From assembly GCA_903860135.1 (NCBI GenBank), contig CAIOPG010000009.1, forward strand, positions 175,805 through 239,804: 64,000 nt of DNA. The letters run 5' to 3'. The position numbers and the translations under genes are program-made. Below the pieces are notes generated by a model that saw nothing but the letters and a program-made list of their open reading frames with translations, was not told the origin of the DNA and did not search any database. This document shows, piece by piece, positions 58,055 through 64,000 of the stretch (positions are counted from its first letter, which is position 1; every line of letters begins with the position of its first letter). Source of the DNA: Candidatus Omnitrophota bacterium (lineage in GTDB: Bacteria; Omnitrophota; Gorgyraeia; Zapsychrales; Fredricksoniimonadaceae).

Positions 58055-59253
58055 ATTGTCCTCTGCTGGGCCGTCACCGTAAAAACTTTTTCAAGGATAT
58101 CCAACGCCTTGACTGCCTGCTTGAGCGTCACATTCAGCGCCGGCATGATGCGCAACACACGGCCCTGGGTGCAATTGATGATCAGGCCCCTGGCAAGGCA
58201 TTCATCAAAAACAGGTTTCCCCTCAACAGACAACTCAACCCCGATCATGAGGCCAAGCCCGCGCACATCGACCATAAAAGGAAACCGTGCCTGCATCGCC
58301 TTCAACCGTTCCGTCATATAAAGTCCGATCCGCCTGGCATTGGCGATCATCTTGTCCCTGCGGATCGCTTCAAAAACACCCAATGCCGCCTTGGTCACCA
58401 GCGGGCTTCCCCCGAAAGTCGTTCCGTGCATGCCAGGCTGAAGAAGGTGCGCCACTGACCGGCGCGCCAGCATGGCACCGATCGGCAACCCGCCGCCCAG
58501 CCCTTTGGCCAAGGTCATCACATCCGGCTCAATGCCATAATGCTCGAAAGCGAACATTTTCCCGGTGCGCCCCAACCCTGTCTGAACTTCATCGGCAATA
58601 AAAAGCAAATTCCTGTCATCGCACAACCGGCGGATGGCGCTGACATACTCCGGTGTGGCCACATTGATCCCGCCCTCCCCCTGGACAAGCTCGATCATCA
58701 CCGCGACCGTCCTTGGTGTCACCGCGGCAAGGAGTGCCTTGATATCATTGAAAGGAACCGCGACAAACCCCTGCGGTAACGGCGCGAACCCTTCCTGATA
58801 CTTCTTCTGCGGCGTTGCGGCAAGGGCACCTAAGGTACGCCCATGAAAAGCATTCAATGTCGTGATGATCTCAAAACGCTCACCACCGCCAAAAAGACGC
58901 GCGAACTTGATCGCCGCCTCATTGGCTTCAGCCCCGCTGTTGCAAAAGAACAGTTTCCCGTCAAAGGACTGGCGTACGATCTCGCGGGCCAGTTTGGCCT
59001 GATTGATCCCGAAGAAATTATTCGGTAAATGAATGAGTTTTGAAACCTGGTCGCGCACAGCCGCCATGACTTTGGGATGGCAATGCCCCACATTGGACAC
59101 ACCCCAACCCGGGAAAAAATCGAGGTATTTCTTGCCGTCAATGTCTGTCAGCACACTCCCTTTGCCCTTCACAAAAACAACAGGCAACCGGGTGTACGTC
59201 GGAAAAACGTACTGGTCATACGCTTCAAAAACATCTTGCTTGGTCATAAGCAT
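58051..59253 (-). CDS. argD: acetylornithine aminotransferase
   Basis: 400 aa. FFCNSGAEANEAAIK, IADEVQTGLGRTG, MTLAKGLGGG (PLP Lys). Confidence 0.93.
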   Translation of the reverse strand: MLMTKQDVFEAYDQYVFPTYTRLPVVFVKGKGSVLTDIDGKKYLDFFPGWGVSNVGHCHPKVMAAVRDQVSKLIHLPNNFFGINQAKLAREIVRQSFDGKLFFCNSGAEANEAAIKFARLFGGGERFEIITTLNAFHGRTLGALAATPQKKYQEGFAPLPQGFVAVPFNDIKALLAAVTPRTVAVMIELVQGEGGINVATPEYVSAIRRLCDDRNLLFIADEVQTGLGRTGKMFAFEHYGIEPDVMTLAKGLGGGLPIGAMLARRSVAHLLQPGMHGTTFGGSPLVTKAALGVFEAIRRDKMIANARRIGLYMTERLKAMQARFPFMVDVRGLGLMIGVELSVEGKPVFDECLARGLIINCTQGRVLRIMPALNVTLKQAVKALDILEKVFTVTAQQRTI

Positions 59254-59293
59254 AACACCAAAATTTAGGAGGTAAAAGACCGCAGACGATCAC

Positions 59294-60148
59294 TCACCCC
59301 TGAATGATCTGCGTCCCGACACCCGTGTCGGTAAATATTTCCAGCAGAAGGGCGCGGTCAAGGCGCGCGTCGATGATATGCGCTTTAGGAATACCGCCCA
59401 GAAGCGCCTCAACACACGAATCAACCTTGGGGATCATCCCGCCGGAAATAACCCCCTCTTTCTTCAAGCGGTCCACATCAGACCTGGTCAGCGTTGAACA
59501 CAAGGTGGCTGGATCCTTTGGGTCGAGCATGACCCCCGGCACATTCGTCAAAAGGACAAATTTCTCGGCACACAGGGATGCCGCGATCGCGCTGGCAACT
59601 TCGTCAGCATTCACATTATGTGTCTGCTGTGCCGCACCGACCCCCAGCGGCGAGATCACCGTGATATACCCCTGATGCAGATGTGTCTCGATGATCCGGC
59701 GTTCGATATTGGTGATCGTCCCGACAAAACCCAGGTCACGTTCAGCGTTCTTCTTTTCAACATAAACAATATTCTCCTGCCCGCGCAGCCCGGTCACATC
59801 CCCTTTGAGCGAACGGATCTCGTCGACGATCTGACGGTTGATGTCATCCAGCTCTTCAATGACGATCTGGAGCGTCTGTTCATCTGTCACACGGATACCC
59901 TTGTGGAACTGCGGCTCAACGCCAATGGCTTTCAGGCGGCTTGAAATGTGCGGCCCGCCGCCATGGATCAAAATAATGCGGATACCGACATAGCTCAAAA
60001 AAACAATATCTTCGAGCACCCGCCGGCGGATCACATCATCATGCAGGATACTGCCGCCGTATTTGATGACAAAAACTTTCTTACGGAACTGCTGGATATA
60101 CGGGATGGCCTCGACGAGAACGCCGGCTTTTTTAATTATAGTTTCCAT
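59294..60148 (-). CDS. argB: acetylglutamate kinase
   Basis: 284 aa. FVIKYGGS, ILIHGGGPHI, NVNADEVASAIA. Confidence 0.95.
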   Translation of the reverse strand: METIIKKAGVLVEAIPYIQQFRKKVFVIKYGGSILHDDVIRRRVLEDIVFLSYVGIRIILIHGGGPHISSRLKAIGVEPQFHKGIRVTDEQTLQIVIEELDDINRQIVDEIRSLKGDVTGLRGQENIVYVEKKNAERDLGFVGTITNIERRIIETHLHQGYITVISPLGVGAAQQTHNVNADEVASAIAASLCAEKFVLLTNVPGVMLDPKDPATLCSTLTRSDVDRLKKEGVISGGMIPKVDSCVEALLGGIPKAHIIDARLDRALLLEIFTDTGVGTQIIQG

Positions 60149-61274
60149 TGATATCTATGTATTGATGCGTGAGGTCACATGTATAGACCGTGGCCGAAGC
60201 TTCACCGATCCCCAGGTCTGCGTGGATATAGATCGTATTCTTCTTCACTGAAAATTCTATTTTGAGTGTTTGCTCGGTCACACGATTGAAGCCGCAAGCC
60301 CCGATAGCTGCCGCCACACGGCCCCAGTTGGGATTGTCCGTATAGTCGGCGGTCTTGACCAGGCTGGAATTGGCAACCTTCATCGCCGCCGCACGCGCCT
60401 GCTTGACGCTCACTGCCCCGGTCACCCTGACCTCAAAGAATTTCGAAGCCCCTTCGCCGTCGATAATAATATCACGCGCCAGCTTGACGCAAACAGCCTT
60501 CAACGCTTCGACAAAAAGATCATAATCCGCCCCCCGGGCAGATATCATTTTATTATCCGCCATGCCGTTGGCCATCAGAGAAACCATATCATTGGTGCTC
60601 ATACAACCGTCGACGGTGATGGCATTGAAAGAAACATCGGTGGCCTCTCGCAAGGCCGTCGTCAGCAAACCGGGCGTGATCGCGGCATCCGTCGTCACAC
60701 ACGCCAGCATGGTGGCCATATTCGGCTCGATCATCCCCGACCCTTTGGCGCAAGCCCCGATCGTTACCGTCTTGCCCCCGACTTCCAATGACACGGCGAT
60801 CTGTTTGTCCATCGTATCGGTGGTCATGATCGCTTTGGCAAAGCTCGCGCCCCTTTTGGCACTCAACCCCTTAAACAGCGACGGCAGTGCTTCCCTGATC
60901 TTCTCGTAAGGGAAGGGACGACCAATGATCCCCGTCGACATCACCAGCACATTGGCAGGCACAATGGCAAAATGCCCCGCCACCAGCTCGGTCAACTTCT
61001 TGGCGTACATCATGCCGTACTCACCGGTAAAACAATTGGCATTGCCGCTGTTGGCCACCAGCGCCTGAACCTTGCCGCCCTTGATATGCTTCTGGCACAA
61101 CACGATCGGTGCAGCTTTCACGGAATTGCGCGTGAATACCGCCGCCGCCGTGCACATGACATCAGAATAAATAATACCCAGATCCGGCTTCCCGGATTTT
61201 TTGATCCCGGCCCAAAAACCATTGGCCTTAAAGCCGTGCGGAGAAGTAACGCCCCCCCCTTTAAGCTGTTTCAT
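60132..61274 (-). CDS. argJ: bifunctional glutamate N-acetyltransferase/amino-acid acetyltransferase
   Basis: 380 aa. GFKANGFWAGIKKSGKPDLG, AIMTTDT, and self-cleavage region PNMATMLACVTTDA. Confidence 0.94.
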   Translation of the reverse strand: MKQLKGGGVTSPHGFKANGFWAGIKKSGKPDLGIIYSDVMCTAAAVFTRNSVKAAPIVLCQKHIKGGKVQALVANSGNANCFTGEYGMMYAKKLTELVAGHFAIVPANVLVMSTGIIGRPFPYEKIREALPSLFKGLSAKRGASFAKAIMTTDTMDKQIAVSLEVGGKTVTIGACAKGSGMIEPNMATMLACVTTDAAITPGLLTTALREATDVSFNAITVDGCMSTNDMVSLMANGMADNKMISARGADYDLFVEALKAVCVKLARDIIIDGEGASKFFEVRVTGAVSVKQARAAAMKVANSSLVKTADYTDNPNWGRVAAAIGACGFNRVTEQTLKIEFSVKKNTIYIHADLGIGEASATVYTCDLTHQYIDINGNYN

Positions 61275-62290
61275 AATAATCCTTCCGTCTCGTTAAACCC
61301 GCACATGATATTCATGTTTTGTACCGCCTGGCCACTGGCCCCCTTGACAAGATTATCAATGACCGATGTAATAACCAGTGATTTGCCGTCCGGACTAACA
61401 ACAAGGGCTATGTCACAAAAGTTCGTCCGCACCACATGCCGCAATTCAGGCTGAGCCCCTGGCTGTAAAAACCGGACGAATGTTTCCGTGCTGTAAAAAC
61501 GCCGGTAACACTCCGTCAGCGCCTTTGACGCTATCTTGGCATTCAAATGCACGTAGATCGTTTCGAGTATCCCCGAATCAACGGGCAAAAGATGCGGGAC
61601 AAACATGATGTCAACCGGCTTCTCTGCCATGCGCGATAAATACTGCGCAATTTCAGGCGCATGCTGATGCTCCAGCACCCGGTAGGCCTTGAAATTCTCG
61701 TTGACAAACGTGTACATCAACGCCTCAGAAGCCTTGCGCCCGGCCCCGGAAACGCCTGACTTCGCATCAATGGCAATCGACGCTATCTTGTCGGGATACA
61801 TCGACACCAGCGGTGCCAACCCCAGCAACGCGGCCGTCGGGTAACATCCCGGATTGGCAATGAATTTAGCCTTTTTGATCTGCGTCCGATAAATTTCTGA
61901 AAGCCCGTAAACAGCTTTGGCCAGATTACGCGGATCTTTATGCTCGGCGTGATACCATTTTTTATAAACAGCACGGTTCTTGAGACGGTAATCAGCACTG
62001 AGATCGATCACGCGTTTACCGGCGGCGAGTAATTCGCCGGCCACATTCATCGATTCTGTATGCGGCAACGCTAGGAAAACAAGATCACACGCCGCGATCG
62101 CCGCTTCAGCGCTGTATTTTTCACAAACAAGATCCGTACGGTTGGTGAACACAGGCCAGATAGCATCGACCCTGCCCGTCGTCGAATACGCTGCGGCATA
62201 GGTCACACGGACATCCTTGTGCCTTAAAAGGATATCGAGCAAGACCCTGCCAGAAAAACCACTGATACCGACAATACCCACCCTGACCAT
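61271..62290 (-). CDS. argC: N-acetyl-gamma-glutamyl-phosphate reductase
   Basis: 339 aa. VGIVGISGFSG, catalytic IANPGCYPTA, and C-terminal DNLVKGASGQAVQNMN. Confidence 0.95.
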   Translation of the reverse strand: MVRVGIVGISGFSGRVLLDILLRHKDVRVTYAAAYSTTGRVDAIWPVFTNRTDLVCEKYSAEAAIAACDLVFLALPHTESMNVAGELLAAGKRVIDLSADYRLKNRAVYKKWYHAEHKDPRNLAKAVYGLSEIYRTQIKKAKFIANPGCYPTAALLGLAPLVSMYPDKIASIAIDAKSGVSGAGRKASEALMYTFVNENFKAYRVLEHQHAPEIAQYLSRMAEKPVDIMFVPHLLPVDSGILETIYVHLNAKIASKALTECYRRFYSTETFVRFLQPGAQPELRHVVRTNFCDIALVVSPDGKSLVITSVIDNLVKGASGQAVQNMNIMCGFNETEGLL

Positions 62291-62343
62291 AAGACCTTTC
62301 TTGTGGAATTTCCCGTCAGAAAAATAGAAATCAATAATAAATT

Positions 62344-62388
62344 AAAAAGCCTGTCCCGTCAATAAAACTTTTTGAAGGAACAGGCTTT
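62344..62388 (-). terminator. rho-independent terminator downstream of rplM-rpsI
   Basis: Minus-strand RNA is AAGCCUGUUCC...(about 20-nt loop)...GGGACAGGCUU followed by UUUAAUUU. Lies about 43 nt after the rpsI stop and about 55 nt before the argC start. Confidence 0.7.
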
Positions 62389-62430
62389 GTAAATTCTTGA
62401 GAATTTAGTTTTGAACGGTACGCACCAGCG

Positions 62431-62826
62431 TTAACGCTTGACCCACTGGAACTTCCGGCGAGCACCCTTCTGTCCAGGCTTCTTGCGTTCCTTCATGCGT
62501 GAATCACGGCGAAGGCAAAGATTCTTCTTGAGGATCGCGCGCGAGGTCTGATCAAACAAAGTCAAGGCACGGGAAATAGCCATCCGCAGTGCGCCAGCCT
62601 GACCAGTCAAACCGCCGCCACACACATTGACATCAATATCAAAGCGATTGAGGAAGTTGGCCAACTTGAGCGGAGAAAGAATAAGGATGCGATCCGTCTC
62701 ACGCGGGAAATACACTTCAAACGCACGGCGATTGACTGTTAATCTGCCAGCGCCTGGAGTGATGATAACACGGGCTACTGCTGTTTTACGACGACCGGTT
62801 GCTGCATACTTGACGACTTCAACCAT
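62431..62826 (-). CDS. rpsI: 30S ribosomal protein S9
   Basis: 131 aa. GRRKTAVARV, GGGLTGQAGA, and C-terminal KARRKFQWVKR. Confidence 0.96.
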   Translation of the reverse strand: MVEVVKYAATGRRKTAVARVIITPGAGRLTVNRRAFEVYFPRETDRILILSPLKLANFLNRFDIDVNVCGGGLTGQAGALRMAISRALTLFDQTSRAILKKNLCLRRDSRMKERKKPGQKGARRKFQWVKR

Positions 62827-62852
62827 TGATACGACTCCTCTGATCTTAAATA

Positions 62853-63290
62853 TTAAATATCAAGTGGAACGGGTTTTTGCGCCTTGTGCGGATGATCCGC
62901 GCCGGCGTACACATAAAGATGCGTCTTCACACGGCTTCCGAGCTTGCCTTTGGGGATCATGCGGTGAATGGCCAGCTCCAGGATCTTGTGCGGGTTCTTT
63001 TCGAGCATATCCGAAAACCGGATGCTCTTTAAACCGGAATGAAAACCGGAATAACGATCATAGAATTTATCGCTGGTCTTCTTGCCGGTAACACGGATCT
63101 TCTCGGCATTGATGATGATCACATGATCGCCCGTATCCATAAAAGGCGTAAAAGCCGGCTTGTTCTTGCCGCGCAAGATCGAAGCGACCTTGGTGGCCAG
63201 ACGACCGAGAATCTTGCCTTCAGCGTCGACAATATGGAATTTCTTTGCGATTTGTTCAGGTGTTGGAAGTGATGTTTTTTGGAGTACCAT
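62853..63290 (-). CDS. rplM: 50S ribosomal protein L13
   Basis: 145 aa. KFHIVDAEGKILGRLATKVASILRGKNKP, and MLP.... -like IHRMIPKGKLG. Lies upstream of rpsI as usual. Confidence 0.96.
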   Translation of the reverse strand: MVLQKTSLPTPEQIAKKFHIVDAEGKILGRLATKVASILRGKNKPAFTPFMDTGDHVIIINAEKIRVTGKKTSDKFYDRYSGFHSGLKSIRFSDMLEKNPHKILELAIHRMIPKGKLGSRVKTHLYVYAGADHPHKAQKPVPLDI

Positions 63291-63371
63291 GTTCTTCTCT
63301 TTTAGATTTTTCCCGAAGCCCTAGAAATAGTAAGCCTACATTCCAGCCATTCGATTAAATAATGAGCCTCA

Positions 63372-63399
63372 ACTATAACACACAAATGATGGATGTCAA
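63372..63399 (-). promoter_or_regulatory. sigma-70-type promoter candidate for rplM-rpsI
   Basis: Minus strand reads TTGACA (63399-63394), a 16-nt spacer ending TGTGT, then TATAGT (63377-63372). This leaves a leader of roughly 75 nt before the rplM ATG at 63290. Confidence 0.55.
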
Positions 63400-63449
63400 C
63401 AGAAAATCAATTTTGAGTTATCGTTTTTCTCGTTTTCTCTTAGCGATTG

Positions 63450-63833
63450 CTAAAACGGTCTTTCGACAATAATCCCCGGCATTGGGTAGTGTTTGCTATT
63501 CAGACAATAAAGTTTGCCGCCTGTTTGCATCACCGTAGCCGCCAGGAGCGCGTCATTGATGTCCAACCCGTGAGAAGGATGCCACTGACGATACAAGATG
63601 CCACCCAGATCAACGATCTTCTGGTCGATCACCGCCGTTTTAAATTGCGACAGGAACAACAGCGTATCCTTTTCCTCTTCTTTACGCATAAAGAAAACAA
63701 CTTCCGCACGCTGAATAGCACCGACCCACAATTCAAACTCCATCTTGCCATGTAATTCATTGAAGAAAGCAAGCGCCCTGGTGTCTCCACGCAAATGCCA
63801 AATCAAGATATCTGAATCAATATAAACCCTCAT
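63450..63833 (-). CDS. vapC: PIN-domain ribonuclease toxin (VapC family)
   Basis: 127 aa. MRVYIDSDILIWHL (first acidic PIN residue), DALLAATV, and a late LYCLNSKHY segment. ATGA overlap with an upstream small ORF. Confidence 0.8.
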   Translation of the reverse strand: MRVYIDSDILIWHLRGDTRALAFFNELHGKMEFELWVGAIQRAEVVFFMRKEEEKDTLLFLSQFKTAVIDQKIVDLGGILYRQWHPSHGLDINDALLAATVMQTGGKLYCLNSKHYPMPGIIVERPF

Positions 63834-64000
63834 GCGTGATGCCGCTCCATGGACATTCTAAAAGAATTCTTGGCGTGATGCACCGTTTCTTCCACTGTTT
63901 CAGATCGCTTCCACGCACCACTGGTTTGCGTGAAAACATTCATGTCTGCCGTCGACTCCATTTCACGCGCATACATCCGCACCGCGCCTTCAATGATCTT
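63830..64000 (-). CDS. putative VapB-type antitoxin; 5' end beyond the window
   Basis: My translation of the minus strand gives ...KIIEGAVRMYAREMESTADMNVFTQTSGAWKRSETVEETVHHAKNSFRMSMERHHA*. Its TGA overlaps the vapC ATG. Assigned by position and by the GAWK..E..EE-type tail common in small antitoxins. Confidence 0.5.
   Translation of the reverse strand, partial: KIIEGAVRMYAREMESTADMNVFTQTSGAWKRSETVEETVHHAKNSFRMSMERHHA

Noticed and set aside
62291-62343. GGAAATTCC inverted repeat in the argC leader as an ArgR (ARG box) operator
   Set aside because: It is only a 4+4 bp palindrome with no resemblance to the 18-bp ARG box consensus that I recall, which is too weak to call.

Overview
This is a 64 kb bacterial chromosomal window in which every gene I can support lies on the minus strand. 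Genes are tightly packed, and many junctions are 4-nt ATGA (or GTGA) stop/start overlaps. I saw no rRNA, tRNA, CRISPR array, transposase or integrase. The host looks diderm: SurA-like chaperone, secretin, ExbB/ExbD and YajC-SecDF are present. It uses GatCAB and the DapL route to lysine. Phylum cannot be assigned without a search.

Housekeeping blocks, listed by ascending coordinate:
- tsaD (truncated), a YibQ-like deacetylase, a Ctp protease and gatBAC
- an orphan histidine kinase, then rsmA-pdxA-surA-like
- a shortened mfd, then secDF-yajC-rpsP
- trpE, hisFAHBD, and alaS-recX-recA
- a GT-C/TPR membrane protein and rsmE
- uvrA and a small lysine-rich repeat protein
- nadX-panC-folK, dapL-dapB-dapA-dapF-lysA, and argHGFDBJC
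- rpsI-rplM, then a vapBC pair at the window edge

The accessory part is a visibly AT-richer locus of about 16 kb (27842-44070). It encodes a complete type IV filament machine: a PilM-N fusion, PilO-like and PilP-like proteins, a secretin, a PilB-type ATPase with tandem MshEN motifs, and PilC. It also carries ten prepilin-like genes, including four tandem major-pilin paralogs and three paralogous minor pilins ending in CxGxxCP.

A signal-peptide TPR giant heads the locus. It is followed by an ExbB/ExbD/TonB-like module and a small zinc-ribbon membrane protein, which are linked to the pilus genes by overlapping or short junctions. In that module the two canonical membrane carboxylates appear replaced by amides (ExbD Asp->Asn, ExbB Glu->Gln). 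This is my best candidate for something undescribed.

All calls come from reading the translations and remembered family motifs. No database search, HMM or folding program was run.
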